This document shows, in pieces, positions 32,239 through 43,046 of a stretch of DNA of 64,000 bases. The first letter of the stretch is position 1; each line of letters starts with the position of its first letter. The translations under genes and the position numbers were made by a program. This DNA is from Anaeromyxobacteraceae bacterium (GTDB lineage Bacteria > Myxococcota > Myxococcia > Myxococcales > Anaeromyxobacteraceae), in NCBI GenBank assembly GCA_032654565.1, contig JAULAX010000017.1, positions 352,001 to 416,000 on the forward strand, given 5' to 3'. The notes under the pieces are model-generated. The model worked only from the letters and a program-made list of their open reading frames with translations, was not told the origin of the DNA and did not search any database.

Positions 32239-33147
32239 TCACGGCGACTCTCGCCACTCCGTGACGCGTCGCGCCAGCGCTTCGGCGTCCACCGGCGGGG
32301 CCAGCCACTCCACGTTCGGCTCCCGCCGCAGCCAGGTCACCTGGCGGCGCGCGTACTGCCGGTGGGCCACCTGCACCCGGCGGATGGCCTCGGCCAGGTC
32401 CAGCGTCCCGCGCACCACCTCGAGGGCCTCGGCGTAGCCGATGGGGAGCCGCACCGGCGGCGCGCCGTCGAACCGTGAGAGCAGCCAGCGGGCCTCGTCG
32501 AGCAGGCCGCCGGCGAACATGGCCTCGACCCGGGCGTCGAGCCGGGCCTTGAGCGCGTCGCGCGGGGGATCGAGCGCCAGGAAGAGGGCGCGGTGCCGGT
32601 CGGGGCGGAAGGCGTGGGCGTCGTGGAGCGCCGACTGGGTCCGCCCCCCGGCCGCCACCTCCAGGGCCCGGACCACCCGCACCAGGTCGTTGGGCCGGAT
32701 CCGCGCCGCCGAGGCCGGGTCGACCGCCGCCAGCCGGGCGTGGAGCGCCGCCCGCCCCAGCGCCGCCGCTTCGGCCGTGAGCCGGGCCCGCAGCGCCGGG
32801 TCCCGCCCCGGCGCCTCGACCACCCCGTGCAGCAGGGCCCGCAGGTAGAGCCCGGTCCCGCCCACCACCAGCGGCAGCCGCCCCCGCGCCGTGACGTCGG
32901 CGATGGCGGCGTCGGCCAGGGCCACGAAGCGGGCGGCGTCCATCCCCTCCCCCGGCTCGGCCACGTCGAGCAGGTGGTGGGGCACCTCGGCCCGCTCCGC
33001 CGCGGTGGGCTTGGCGGTCCCCAGCTCGAGGTGCCGGTAGACCTGCTGCGAGTCGGCGTTGACGATCTCGCCGCCCAGCCGGCGCGCCAGCGCGATGCCG
33101 AGCCTGGTCTTGCCCGACCCGGTGGGCCCGGCCAGGACGACGATCAA
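32239..33147 (-). CDS. miaA: tRNA dimethylallyltransferase
   Basis: GPTGSGKT, ADSQQVY, GTAKP and VGGTGLY motifs; TTG start overlaps the upstream stop. Confidence 0.94.
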   Translation of the reverse strand: MIVVLAGPTGSGKTRLGIALARRLGGEIVNADSQQVYRHLELGTAKPTAAERAEVPHHLLDVAEPGEGMDAARFVALADAAIADVTARGRLPLVVGGTGLYLRALLHGVVEAPGRDPALRARLTAEAAALGRAALHARLAAVDPASAARIRPNDLVRVVRALEVAAGGRTQSALHDAHAFRPDRHRALFLALDPPRDALKARLDARVEAMFAGGLLDEARWLLSRFDGAPPVRLPIGYAEALEVVRGTLDLAEAIRRVQVAHRQYARRQVTWLRREPNVEWLAPPVDAEALARRVTEWRESP

Positions 33148-33746
33148 GGGGACTTGGCGCCGGGGCTCGCGACCGTCCGCTTGATGCCCAGCGCCGCCTC
33201 GACCTTGGCCCGCAGGAAGGCGGTGGCGTCCTTGGTGTACCCGCGCTCGACGTCGACGATGGTGCCGTCGCGGGCGATGAGGAAGACCGAGGGGAGCTGC
33301 GGGTTGTCGCCGAGGTAGCGCCGGGCCAGCAGGTTGAACCGGTCGCTGAGCACCGGGTAGGTGACGCGGTGGGCGGCCACCATCCGCTTGGCGTCGGTGA
33401 TCCCCGGCTCCTCCTTGTCGATGCTGATGCCCACCACCCGCAGGCCGAGCGACCGGTAGCGCTGGTCGAGCTCCACCAGCAGCGGCAGCTCCTTCTTGCA
33501 GGGGGCGCACCAGGAGGCGAAGAAGCTCACCAGCACCACCCGGGCGTCCGCGTCGCTGGGGTCGTCACCGGCCAGCGCCGCGAGCGAGAGGGTGGTCATC
33601 CCGGCCGCCTCGGCGTTGAGGAGCCTGAGCGAGAAGCCCGGCGCCGGTCCCCCCAGCACCGCCTCCTCCTCGGCCCGCGCCGCGCCGGCCAGGGCCACCA
33701 GCGCCAGCGCCACCAGGGCCCGCCTCGCCACGCGGCCGGGGCTCAC
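33144..33746 (-). CDS. TlpA/ResA-family thiol:disulfide oxidoreductase
   Basis: Signal peptide and FFASWCAPCKKELP motif. Confidence 0.88.
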   Translation of the reverse strand: MSPGRVARRALVALALVALAGAARAEEEAVLGGPAPGFSLRLLNAEAAGMTTLSLAALAGDDPSDADARVVLVSFFASWCAPCKKELPLLVELDQRYRSLGLRVVGISIDKEEPGITDAKRMVAAHRVTYPVLSDRFNLLARRYLGDNPQLPSVFLIARDGTIVDVERGYTKDATAFLRAKVEAALGIKRTVASPGAKSP

Positions 33747-35023
33747 GGCGCCACCTCCTGCGACCGCTCCACCAACGCCTTCAGCCGCTCCGCCAGCTCC
33801 GCCAGCTTCACCGGTGTCTCCTCTCGGGTCGTCATGTCCTTGAGCTTCGCCTCGCCGGCCGCCACCTCCTGGCCGCCCAGCACCAGGGCGAAGCGGGCCG
33901 CCACCCGCTCCGCCTGCTTGAACTGCCGCGCCAGCTTGCCGCCGCGGGCGTCGAGATCGCAGGCCACCCCGGCCCTGCGCAGGGCCGAGGAGAGCCGCAG
34001 CGCCGCCGCCGCGCCCGCGGCGTCGGCCGAGACCAGGAAGACCGCCGGCCGGCGCACCGGCACCGGCCGCCCCAGGGCCTCGAGGATCAACGCCAGCCGC
34101 TCGGCCCCCAGCGCGAAGCCGATGCCGGGCGTGGGCGGGCCGCCCAGCGTCTCCACCAGCCCGTCGTAGCGGCCGCCGCCGGCCACCGCCGACTGGGCGC
34201 CGAGGGCGTCGCTGGTGAACTCGTAGGCGGTGCGCACGTAGTAGTCGAGCCCGCGCACCAGCCGCGGCTCGACGGCGTAGGCCACCCCCAGCGCGTCGAG
34301 CCCGGCGCGGACCGCGTCGAAGTGGGTGCGGCAGGGCTCGCAGAGCCGGTCGAGCAGCCGCGGCGCCCCCTGCAGCACCGGCTGGCACGAGGGCACCTTG
34401 CAGTCGAGGACCCGCAGCGGGTTCTTCCGGGTCCGCTCCCGGCAGTCGGCGCAGAGCTGGTCGGCGCGCTCGGTCAGCCAGGAGGTGAGGTCGGCGAGGT
34501 AGGCGGGGCGGCAGGCCGCGTCGCCCACCGAGTTGAGCTTGAGCGTGGTGGTGACGCCGAGGCGCGACAGCCAGTCCTCCACCATGGCGATCTGCTCGGC
34601 GTCGATGGCCGGCTCGGCCACGCCGAAGGCCTCGACGCCGATCTGGTGGAACTGGCGGTAGCGCCCCTTCTGCGGCCGCTCCCGCCGGAACATGGGGCCC
34701 ATGTAGAACCACTTCTGCGGCCCGTCCACGTAGGCCCCGTGCTCGATGAAGGCGCGGATGGTCCCGGCCGTCCCCTCGGGGCGCAGCGCCAGCCGGTCCT
34801 CGCCCTTGTCCTCGAAGACGTACATCTCCTTGCTGACGATGTCGGTCTGCTCGCCGACGCCGCGCGAGTAGAGCTGGGCCGGCTCCACCACCGGGGTGCG
34901 GACCTCGCGGTAGCCGTAGAGCGCGAAGACCTCGCGGGCCACCGCCTCCAGCTCGTGCCAGCGCCCCACCGCCCCGGGCAGCACGTCGTTCATCCCCTTG
35001 ACGGCGTTGATCCTGGCGCTCAC
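33743..35023 (-). CDS. hisS: Histidyl-tRNA synthetase
   Basis: [29 protein letters not shown] and GGGRYD motifs. Confidence 0.96.
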   Translation of the reverse strand: MSARINAVKGMNDVLPGAVGRWHELEAVAREVFALYGYREVRTPVVEPAQLYSRGVGEQTDIVSKEMYVFEDKGEDRLALRPEGTAGTIRAFIEHGAYVDGPQKWFYMGPMFRRERPQKGRYRQFHQIGVEAFGVAEPAIDAEQIAMVEDWLSRLGVTTTLKLNSVGDAACRPAYLADLTSWLTERADQLCADCRERTRKNPLRVLDCKVPSCQPVLQGAPRLLDRLCEPCRTHFDAVRAGLDALGVAYAVEPRLVRGLDYYVRTAYEFTSDALGAQSAVAGGGRYDGLVETLGGPPTPGIGFALGAERLALILEALGRPVPVRRPAVFLVSADAAGAAAALRLSSALRRAGVACDLDARGGKLARQFKQAERVAARFALVLGGQEVAAGEAKLKDMTTREETPVKLAELAERLKALVERSQEVAP

Positions 35024-35886
35024 GCGACCCCCGGTCCGCCGGCGGCGGCGCCGACGGGCTCGCCCACCCGCACCCGCGCCCCCGGCTTGAGCCGGTCGGA
35101 GAGCCTCACCCGCCCCGGCTCGAAGACCAGGATCACCGTGGAGCCCATCTCGAAGGCCCCCAGCTCGTCCCCCTTCTGCACCGGCAGGGGTGGCGTGTAG
35201 TCGCCGCGCTGCGCCCGGGCGCCCGGCTGGTCGGTGAGCGGCACGGCCGCGTCGTAGGCGGCGCGGACCCGCCCCACCACGGTGGCGCCCACGGCGACCA
35301 CGGCGACCAGTCCCAGCGGCGAGTCGAGCAGCGTCACCAGCCGCTCGTTCACCGTGAACAGCCCGGGGACGTGGGCGGCCGAGGCGGCGTTGACCGGCCA
35401 GAGCTGGCCGGGGAGGTAGCGCCAGCCGGTGATGGCGCCGGAGAGCGGGAAGTGGATGCGGTGGTAGTCCTGCGGCGAGAGGTAGAGCGTGGTCCAGGCC
35501 CCCCCCTCGAAGCGGCGGGCCAGCGCGGCGTCGCCCAGCAGCGCCGCCACGGTGTAGTCGATCCCCTTGGCCTGGATCATCCGCCCCCCCACGGCCAGGC
35601 CGGTCTCGGAGACCCGGGCGTCGACCGGCGAGACCACCACCTGGTCGCCCGGGGCGATGGGGCGCAGGCCGGGGCGCAGCGGCCGGGCGAAGAACTGGCC
35701 GAAGGTCCGGTAGCTCTGCAGCGGCGGGCTGGCCTCGAGATCGATCCGGTAGAGGTTGGCGAAGCCGCGCATGGCGGCGCGCAGCAGGCCGCCCGGCCCC
35801 TCCCAGTCGGTGAGCCGCCCCACCAGCCTGGAGAGGGCGTTCTTGGGGACGGCGCGCATCGCGGCGATGAAGAGTCGGTCGCTCAT
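35020..35886 (-). CDS. psd: Phosphatidylserine decarboxylase proenzyme
   Basis: [15 protein letters not shown] and FEMGSTV (self-cleavage site) motifs. Confidence 0.93.
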   Translation of the reverse strand: MSDRLFIAAMRAVPKNALSRLVGRLTDWEGPGGLLRAAMRGFANLYRIDLEASPPLQSYRTFGQFFARPLRPGLRPIAPGDQVVVSPVDARVSETGLAVGGRMIQAKGIDYTVAALLGDAALARRFEGGAWTTLYLSPQDYHRIHFPLSGAITGWRYLPGQLWPVNAASAAHVPGLFTVNERLVTLLDSPLGLVAVVAVGATVVGRVRAAYDAAVPLTDQPGARAQRGDYTPPLPVQKGDELGAFEMGSTVILVFEPGRVRLSDRLKPGARVRVGEPVGAAAGGPGVA

Positions 35887-35937
35887 GAAGGTCGCGGAGT
35901 CTAGCAGAGGGTCCGCCGGCGCCGGTAGGATGCCGGC

Positions 35938-36675
35938 ATGTGCCGCCTCTTCGGCCAGCATGCCCCACCCGAGCTCGATCGCTGCGAGCCGCTCTGCAGC
36001 GCCCCCAACGCCCTGCGCTTCCAGAGCCACCAGCACCCCCACGGCTGGGGCATCGGCTGGTACCAGGGCGGGCGGGTCCGCGTCGAGCGCGGGCTGCTGC
36101 CGGCCCACGCCGACCAGGCCTTCGTCGAGGCGGCCCGGGCCGCCCGCTCCCGGGTGGTCATCGCCCACATCCGCGACGCCAGCGTCGGGCCGGTCAGCGC
36201 GGCCAACACCCACCCCTTCGTCAACGGCCGCTGGATCTTCGCCCACAACGGCACGGTGGCCCGCTTCCGCGACGTGGCCCGGGTCCGCGCCGATCTCGAG
36301 GCCGAGATCGACCCCTCGCTGCGGCGGGCGCTGCGCGGCCAGACCGACAGCGAGCGCTGCTTCCTGCTCTTCCTGACCCGGCTGCGGGGGCGCGGCTCGG
36401 CCGCGGCGGCGACGCTCGGGCAGGTCACCGCGGCGCTACGCGCCACCACCGAGACCATCCGGCGCATCGCCGACCAGCGCTCGGCCCGCCCCTCCTCGCT
36501 CAACTTCCTGGTCACCGACGGCCGGGTGCTGGCGGCCAGCCGGCTGGGGCGCGACCTGCACGTGGCGGTGGCGGCCGGGGCCGAGCGGGCCTTCGTGGTG
36601 GCCAGCGAGCCCATCGGCGTCGCCGACTGGAGGCCGGTTCCGGACGGGGCGGTGGTCGGGTTCGACGGAGGCTGA
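35938..36675 (+). CDS. Class II glutamine amidotransferase (YafJ/EgtC-like)
   Basis: N-terminal MCRLFG, HGWG, NTHPF, FAHNG and TDSE motifs. Confidence 0.9.
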   Translation: MCRLFGQHAPPELDRCEPLCSAPNALRFQSHQHPHGWGIGWYQGGRVRVERGLLPAHADQAFVEAARAARSRVVIAHIRDASVGPVSAANTHPFVNGRWIFAHNGTVARFRDVARVRADLEAEIDPSLRRALRGQTDSERCFLLFLTRLRGRGSAAAATLGQVTAALRATTETIRRIADQRSARPSSLNFLVTDGRVLAASRLGRDLHVAVAAGAERAFVVASEPIGVADWRPVPDGAVVGFDGG

Positions 36676-36683
36676 GGGGCCCC

Positions 36684-38609
36684 TCAGGGGATCGTCAGGA
36701 CGGCCGCGGACTGCCCGCCCATGCCGGGCGGTGCCGTTGGGCCCGACGGGCTGCCGCCTCCAGCGCCTCCCAGCCCGGGAGCGGCGGTGGCGCAGCTGTT
36801 ACCCGTGAAGGTCGTGGTCGCGCTCCCGGCGTGGCCGAGGCAGGCGCTCGGCCCGCCGCCGCCGCCGCCACCCGGTCCCCCGGCGCCGCCGTTGCCGCCG
36901 GGTCCGGCGCTCCCGCCCGGACCGCCGTCATCGGCCAGGCCGCCACCGAGGCCGAAGCTGCCGCCAGCCTGTCCTGCAGCGCCGCCCCCACCACTTCCGC
37001 CGGCGCCTCCTCGGCCGGCCTCGAGCGTGTTGCTGGTGGCGCTGAGCCGGCCGCCGGCCGCGAAGAGGGCGAAGCTGCCCCCGCCCCCGCCGCCACCGCC
37101 GCCGCCGCCGCCGGCCACGCCACCGCAGCCGCCGCTGCCCCCACCGCCGCCGCGGTCGGCGTTGCAGGTCGGGAAGCCGAGGTAGATGGTCGAGCCCCCG
37201 CCCCCACCGCCGCCCCCACCACCGCCCCTGCCGTTGGCGCCGGCCAGCCCCGCGTTCCCAGCCGCCGGGAGGTAGCCACCGGCCGCCAGGGTGCCCAGCG
37301 AGGAGCCGCCGCTCCCCATCGCCCCGCTGCCTCCGTTTGCGCCTGGGCTCCCCATCCCGCCCGCGCCGCTCGCGGTGAAGCAAACGCGGGAGGCGGCGCC
37401 CCCCGCGCCGCCCGGGCTGCCGCCGCTGCCGCCCGTCCCCGGCGAGCCGTTCAGGTCACCGTACCCGCCGAGGCCTCCCATGCCGCCCGGCTCGGCGCAG
37501 GCCGGGGCCGCCCCGCCGGCTCCGCCGAGGGCGCTGCCCGAGCTGCCGGGCTGGCCAGGGAGTCCAGGGGGCGCGAATGCCGGGGCGGTCGAGGCCCCGT
37601 CGACGCCGGCGCTCCCTGCCGTCCCCGCCATGGCCACCACGCTGTTCCAGCGGGCCACCAGGTTCCCGCTGCCGGCGAGGAGCCGCAGTCCGTAGGCGCT
37701 GGCCCCGGGCGTGGCCGGTGACTCGGCCAGGATGCTCAGCCCCTCCACGTGGGTCTCGGCGTCGACCTGGGGCACCAGGATGACGGTCCCGCTGGCCACG
37801 ATCTGGCTGGAGACGATGGCCTTGCGCCGGAAGGTGAAGTCCGCGTCGGCCTGATCGAACCCGCCGATGAGGCTGATCCCCGAGGGGAGCGTGACGTTCT
37901 CACGGAAGGTCCCGCCCCCCAGGCAGACCCCGTGGAGGCCATTGGCCACCGCCACCTGGATCGCGGCGGCGATGGTCTGCTTGGGCGCCTGCCGGGTCCC
38001 GACGCCGGTCAGGTCGTTGCCGGCGGGGCTGGCGTAGGCGCAGTCGGCCACCACGCCGTCGCTGCCGTCGCAGTTCTCGTCCAGGAAGCCGGCGTCGATG
38101 GGATCGACAGCGGAGGTCGGGGTGCAGGCGTACTCGCAGCCGCAGGTCCCGGTGAGCGGGTTCTGGTCGAGGTCGACGAAGCCGGCCGGGCACCCCCCCG
38201 CGCAGGAGATGGTGTGGGTGATGTTCCCGGTGGCCGGGTCGCAGCTGTCGATAGTGGCCGGGTTGCCGTCATCCACCGGGACCGGGGTGTGGGTCACGCC
38301 CCCCGAGGCGGTGCAGGCGTCGACGGTGCAGGCGTTGCCGTCATCCACCGCGACCGGGGTGTGGGTCACGCCTCCCGCGGCGGTGCAGGCGTCGACGGTG
38401 CAGGCGTTGCCGTCGTCGATGGTGACCGCGGTGTGGACGCAGGCCCCGGCCTGGCAGGTGTCGGCGGTGCAGGCGTCGTGGTCGTCGCACGAGGCGGCCG
38501 TGGTGCAGCCAGGGGCTGGACCGGTGCCGCCTCCACCGCAGCCCGCCAGCAGGACGGCGCCGAGCGCGGCGAACAGCGCGAGGGCGTGGAAGGGGCGCTG
38601 GTGCGGCAT
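36684..38609 (-). CDS. Surface lipoprotein with Cys-rich repeats, DUF1565-like segment and Gly-rich (PGRS-like) C-terminus
   Basis: LLAGC lipobox; DDGNACTVDAC repeats; DENCDG; GNDxxGxGTRQAPKQTIAAAI; poly-Gly tracts. Confidence 0.75.
   Translation of the reverse strand: MPHQRPFHALALFAALGAVLLAGCGGGGTGPAPGCTTAASCDDHDACTADTCQAGACVHTAVTIDDGNACTVDACTAAGGVTHTPVAVDDGNACTVDACTASGGVTHTPVPVDDGNPATIDSCDPATGNITHTISCAGGCPAGFVDLDQNPLTGTCGCEYACTPTSAVDPIDAGFLDENCDGSDGVVADCAYASPAGNDLTGVGTRQAPKQTIAAAIQVAVANGLHGVCLGGGTFRENVTLPSGISLIGGFDQADADFTFRRKAIVSSQIVASGTVILVPQVDAETHVEGLSILAESPATPGASAYGLRLLAGSGNLVARWNSVVAMAGTAGSAGVDGASTAPAFAPPGLPGQPGSSGSALGGAGGAAPACAEPGGMGGLGGYGDLNGSPGTGGSGGSPGGAGGAASRVCFTASGAGGMGSPGANGGSGAMGSGGSSLGTLAAGGYLPAAGNAGLAGANGRGGGGGGGGGGGSTIYLGFPTCNADRGGGGGSGGCGGVAGGGGGGGGGGGGSFALFAAGGRLSATSNTLEAGRGGAGGSGGGGAAGQAGGSFGLGGGLADDGGPGGSAGPGGNGGAGGPGGGGGGGPSACLGHAGSATTTFTGNSCATAAPGLGGAGGGSPSGPTAPPGMGGQSAAVLTIP
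38262..38432. repeat. 72-bp intragenic tandem repeat, about 2.4 copies
   Basis: GTTGCCGTC recurs at 38262, 38334 and 38406. Confidence 0.9.
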
Positions 38610-38798
38610 GAACGGCCTCCGGGTATGGGTTCGAAGGGGCCAGCCTAGGACCTTTCCACCAGCCACGCACGGGCCTTTCCCCTGGCCCGCGCCCGGCACC
38701 GTGTTGATCTTCGAGGCTCGGAGGTGCGACCGTGGCGGGTTCCACGGGGCCCCGCGCCGCGCCGGATCGGGCCAGCCCCATCGCACCGGGAGCACGCC

Positions 38799-39248
38799 AT
38801 GCCAGGGAACGCCGCCGCCTCGGTCGCCGCCGCCGCCCTCCTCCTCTCCGCCACCGGCTGCGCCACCACGGCCGACGCCAGGAACGCCAAGGGGACCGGC
38901 CTGGCCCGGGTCTACGAGGCGCCGTTCGAGGTGGTCTGGCGGGAGCTCCCCCCGACCCTCCTGGCCCTGTCCCTGGGCGTCAGCGAGGTGGACCAGGCGG
39001 GTCGCTGCGTCCTGGCTTCGACCGGCTGGAGCGCCTTCAGCTATGGCGAGGTGGTGGCGGTCTTCGCCGAGCCGGCCGCCGAGGCCGGGAGGACCCGCGT
39101 CGAGGTGGTCTCGAAGCGGGTCATGGCCACCAACATCCTCGCGCACAGCTGGGAGAACGACGTCCACGCCAAGCTGGCCGAGCGGCTGAAGGCCGCGGCG
39201 GCGCCCCCGCCGGCCCCTCCCCCCGCGGCCGGCACCCCGCGGAGCTGA
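38799..39248 (+). CDS. Hypothetical lipoprotein
   Basis: LLLSATGC lipobox; GGGAG ribosome-binding site. Confidence 0.7.
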   Translation: MPGNAAASVAAAALLLSATGCATTADARNAKGTGLARVYEAPFEVVWRELPPTLLALSLGVSEVDQAGRCVLASTGWSAFSYGEVVAVFAEPAAEAGRTRVEVVSKRVMATNILAHSWENDVHAKLAERLKAAAAPPPAPPPAAGTPRS

Positions 39249-39272
39249 GCCGCCGGCCGCCGGGCCGGGCCC

Positions 39273-40937
39273 CTACTCCAGCCCCTGGATGGGGAAGTCC
39301 TTCGGGTAGCGGATCTCGTAGCGCAGCTCGACCACCCGGGTCTCCTTCGGCCCCAGCTTCAGCTCCCAGCGCCGGACCCCCGGCCGGTCGGGATCCTCCC
39401 CGGTGGCCGGGGTGGTGCCGTCGAGCAGCTTCACCTTGATCGCCTCGTCCCGCGAGACCGGCACCAGATCGAGCAGGGTCAGCGTGGTGGCCGCGGCGTA
39501 GCGGTTCTTGACCGTGGTGCGGACCTGGTAGCGCCACACGTGGTCGCCGCCCAGCAGCCCGGCGGTCTCGTGGCGCCGCTCCACCACCCGCCGCTCCACC
39601 TCGAGGCGGGGGTCGGCGCCGAAGGCCAGCTTGAGCTCACCGCCCGGCGGCGTGGCCGCCAGCGGGGCCCGGCCGACGAACTCGTCGCCGAGCGAGATGC
39701 GGGCCTGCCCGGGCAGGAACGGCAGCCCGGTGTCGTTCACCAGCGTCGCGGTGAGGAACGCGGTGGCGTCGCCGCGCGGCGACACGGTGCGGGTCACCGC
39801 GCCCTTCAAGGCGTGGCGGGCCAGCGGGACGGTGCGGCTGCGGCCGGCCCCGTCCACGGTCTCGCGCCGCGGCGTGGTCCAGGTGGCGGCCAGCAGCCCC
39901 ATGGTGGCCTCGGCCTGCTCCGGCTCCAGCTCCACCAGCTGCTCCAACTTGGTCTCGGCCAGCACCTTGCGCCGCTCCAGGGGGGCCGGGGCGGCGACCA
40001 CCGAGGCCGGGGCATCGGCCCGCATCGCCCCGCGCGCCGGCGGCGCCAGCCGGATCCGCTCCAGCCAGCGCGGCTCCAGCCCCGGCACGGTCAGCCCGCG
40101 CCCCGGCTCCGCCGTGGAGAGGGCCAGCCGGGCCTCGGTCCAGTCCTCCCCGGTGCGCTGCGACACCTCGCCGAGCAGCGCCAGCTCCACGGCCCCGCTC
40201 TCCGGCTCGAGCCGGGCGTCCCAGACCGGCCGCCAGCCGGCGCCCTGCACCAGGTAGCTGACCGCCAGCTCCAGCGCCCCGCCGCGCTCGGCGCTCAGCT
40301 CCACCGCCACCTCGGCGCTGGTCCCGCTCCGCTTGGCCTGCAGCTTCTCCAGCTCGGCGCGGGCCGCCCCCAGCCGTCGGGCCAGCTCGCGCCGCCCCGC
40401 CTCGGCCCGCCGCCCGTCGGCCGCGGCCGCCTCCAGCTGCCCCTCCACGAAGGCCATCAGCTCGGCCCACTCCCTGGCGCTCACCCCGCGCACCGCCAGG
40501 TTCTTGCTCCGCTCCTCCGAGTAGCTGGCGCGCAGCGACTCGGCGAAGCGGCCGCGGGCCTTGGCCGCCGCCTGCCTGTCCTCCAGGGCCCGGTCCTCCC
40601 CCTGCAGCGCCTCCACCCGCCCCTCGGCGGCCCGGACCTCGGGCAGGTCGAGCTCGGCCCGGGTGATCCGCTCGACGCTGACCCCCCCGACCCGGGCCCG
40701 GGCCGTCCCCTTCCCCTCGACGCGGAGCGAGTCGTCGTCGAGGCCGGCCGGCAGCCCGCGCAGGACCACCCGGGTCTCGCCGGGGGCGACCTCGACGCGC
40801 GCCAGGCGGGTGACGCGGGCCCAGCCGCGGTAGACGGTGACGGCGTCGACCTTCGACGAGGCGGCCAGGTCGGCGGCGAGGGCGCGCTCCGGGGCGACGA
40901 CGGCGAAGAGCAGGGCGAGGGCGATCGAGCGGTGCAT
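39273..40937 (-). CDS. DUF4139/DUF4140 (MuiA-like) secreted protein
   Basis: VDAVTVY, WRPVWDARL, QRTGEDW, LSTA and DLVPVS motifs. Confidence 0.85.
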   Translation of the reverse strand: MHRSIALALLFAVVAPERALAADLAASSKVDAVTVYRGWARVTRLARVEVAPGETRVVLRGLPAGLDDDSLRVEGKGTARARVGGVSVERITRAELDLPEVRAAEGRVEALQGEDRALEDRQAAAKARGRFAESLRASYSEERSKNLAVRGVSAREWAELMAFVEGQLEAAAADGRRAEAGRRELARRLGAARAELEKLQAKRSGTSAEVAVELSAERGGALELAVSYLVQGAGWRPVWDARLEPESGAVELALLGEVSQRTGEDWTEARLALSTAEPGRGLTVPGLEPRWLERIRLAPPARGAMRADAPASVVAAPAPLERRKVLAETKLEQLVELEPEQAEATMGLLAATWTTPRRETVDGAGRSRTVPLARHALKGAVTRTVSPRGDATAFLTATLVNDTGLPFLPGQARISLGDEFVGRAPLAATPPGGELKLAFGADPRLEVERRVVERRHETAGLLGGDHVWRYQVRTTVKNRYAAATTLTLLDLVPVSRDEAIKVKLLDGTTPATGEDPDRPGVRRWELKLGPKETRVVELRYEIRYPKDFPIQGLE

Positions 40938-40991
40938 GGTGGTTCCTCCCAGCGGGTCTGCACGGGTGAACGCGCCACCCGCCGAAGCGAT

Positions 40992-41492
40992 CTACCGGCG
41001 AGGCGGAAGGTGCAGCGCCCCGGCCAGCGCCTGGTGGCGGGGCCCGAAGCCGGTGAGCGACAGCCGCCGGGCGTTGGGGCGGCCGGCCACCTCCTCCAGC
41101 CGGATCTCCAGCCGCTCCGCCGGCAGCCAGCCCGCCACCTTGTCGGCCCACTCCACCACCAGGGCCCCGTCGCCACCCAGCAGGTCCATGAAGCCGGTGG
41201 CGTAGAGCTCGTCGAGGTCGGCGAGCCGGTAGAGATCGGCGTGGTGGAATGGGAGCCGGCCGCGGTAGGTCTGGACGATGCCGAAGGTGGGCGACGAGAC
41301 GTCGGCCTCGTCGACGCCGGCCCCGGCGCAGGCGCCGCGGACCAGCTGGGTCTTCCCGGCGCCGAGGTCGCCGAAGAGCGCCACCACGTCGCCGGGCTGG
41401 AGCAGCGCCCCCAGCCGCTCCCCGAGTCGCCAGGTGGCCCGGGCCGACGCCGTGGTCAGCCGCCCGGCCGCGGCCGGCCCCGCCGAGGTCAC
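40992..41492 (-). CDS. tsaE: tRNA threonylcarbamoyladenosine biosynthesis ATPase
   Basis: GDLGAGKT, SPTF, HADLYRL and VEW motifs. Confidence 0.93.
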   Translation of the reverse strand: MTSAGPAAAGRLTTASARATWRLGERLGALLQPGDVVALFGDLGAGKTQLVRGACAGAGVDEADVSSPTFGIVQTYRGRLPFHHADLYRLADLDELYATGFMDLLGGDGALVVEWADKVAGWLPAERLEIRLEEVAGRPNARRLSLTGFGPRHQALAGALHLPPRR

Positions 41493-43018
41493 CGCTGCCA
41501 CCGCGCCCAGACCTGCCCGATGGCCTCGCCCAGGTCGCCGGCCAGCAGCCCCCGCTCGCCGAGCCTCGCCGCCACCAGGTCGCCGGCGGCGCCATGCACC
41601 CAGGCCGCCACCCGCGCCGCGTCGAAGGGCGGGAGCCCCCCGGCCAGCAGCGCCCCGCAGAGCCCGGCCAGCACGTCGCCGGTGCCGCCGGTGGCCATCC
41701 CGGCGTTGCCGGTGGGGATCACCGCCGCCGCCGCCCCGGGCGCCGCCACCACGGTGCGCGCCCCCTTCAGCACCACCACCACGCCCCAGGCCGTCGCCGC
41801 GGCCATCGCCAGCCCGATCCGGTCGGCCTGCACCTCGGCGGTGGAGCGGGCGCAGAGCCGGGCCATCTCGCCCGGGTGCGGCGTCAGGATCACCGGGGCC
41901 GGGAGCTTCCCCAGCCAGGCCGGCTCGGGGTCGAGGGCGTTGAGCGCGTCGGCGTCGAGCACCGCCGGGCGCCCCGCCCCCTCCAGCCAGGAGCGCAGCA
42001 GCCGCCCGGTCTCGTCGCCGCGGTGGAGCCCGGGCCCCGCCACCAGCGCGTCGGCGCCGCGCCCGGCCGGGAGCAGGGTGGCGAGATCGGCGGGGCCGAG
42101 CGGCCCGTCGCCAGGGAGCGTCACGCTCATCGCCTCGGGCCTCCCGGCCAGGGCCAGGGCCAGCACCTCGGCGCGTGCCGCCAGCGTCACCAGCCCGGCG
42201 CCCCCGCGCAGGGCCCCGCTCACCGCCAGGTGGGCGGCGCCGACCTTGCCCGGCGAGCCGGCCAGCACCAGCACCCGCCCGGCGTCCCCCTTGTGCGCCG
42301 CCGGGTCGCGCCGCGGCAGCAGCGGGCGCACCTCCAGCTCCTCGAGCAGCCGGCAGCGCTCGCCCACCCCGGCCACGGCGGCGGGTGGGAGGCCGATGTC
42401 GGCCACGGTCACCGCGCCGGCCAGGCTCGCCCCCGGGAGGAGGACCAGCCCCACCTTCTGCAGGCCGAAGGTGACGGTGGCGTCGGCCTCGACGCAGGGG
42501 CCGAGCGGCCGGCCGGTGTCGGCGGAGAGGCCGGAGGGGAGGTCCACCGCGACCACCCGGGCCCCGCCGCGGCGCGCCGCGGCCATGGCCGCGATGGCGG
42601 CGGCGAAGCGCCCCTCGGCAGGGCGCGACAGGCCGGTGCCGAGGAGCGCGTCGACCACCAGGTCGTCGGGGCCGGCGCCGAGCCCGGCCCCCTCCTCGAA
42701 GGGCTGGACCGGCACGCCGGCCTCCAGCGCCAGCCTCGCCATGGCCGCGGCGTCGCCGGCCAGCCGCTCCGGCGCCACCACCGCCACCACCCGGACCCGC
42801 CCCGAGGGGTGGAGCAGCCGGGCCGCCACCCAGCCGTCCCCGCCGTTGTTCCCGCCGCCGCAGACCACCAGGAAGCGGCTCTGGGGGCGGACCAGGCGCA
42901 GCGCCGCCTCGGTCACGGCCCGGCCGGCCCGCTCCATGAGCTGCAGCGAGGGGACGCCCAGGCCGTCGATGGCGGCGCGGTCGATGGCCCGCATCTCGGC
43001 GCTCCCCACCAGCCTCAC
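41489..43018 (-). CDS. nnr: Bifunctional NAD(P)H-hydrate epimerase/dehydratase
   Basis: GNNGGDG, DLPSG, HKG, DADAL, TPHPGE and GGTGDVLAG motifs. Confidence 0.93.
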   Translation of the reverse strand: MRLVGSAEMRAIDRAAIDGLGVPSLQLMERAGRAVTEAALRLVRPQSRFLVVCGGGNNGGDGWVAARLLHPSGRVRVVAVVAPERLAGDAAAMARLALEAGVPVQPFEEGAGLGAGPDDLVVDALLGTGLSRPAEGRFAAAIAAMAAARRGGARVVAVDLPSGLSADTGRPLGPCVEADATVTFGLQKVGLVLLPGASLAGAVTVADIGLPPAAVAGVGERCRLLEELEVRPLLPRRDPAAHKGDAGRVLVLAGSPGKVGAAHLAVSGALRGGAGLVTLAARAEVLALALAGRPEAMSVTLPGDGPLGPADLATLLPAGRGADALVAGPGLHRGDETGRLLRSWLEGAGRPAVLDADALNALDPEPAWLGKLPAPVILTPHPGEMARLCARSTAEVQADRIGLAMAAATAWGVVVVLKGARTVVAAPGAAAAVIPTGNAGMATGGTGDVLAGLCGALLAGGLPPFDAARVAAWVHGAAGDLVAARLGERGLLAGDLGEAIGQVWARWQR

Positions 43019-43046
43019 GGCGCCCCCGGCCTGGACCGAGGGAGCC

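Noticed and set aside
38262..38432. Periodic repeats as a possible CRISPR array
   Set aside because: In-frame coding tandem repeats with no unique spacers and no cas genes.
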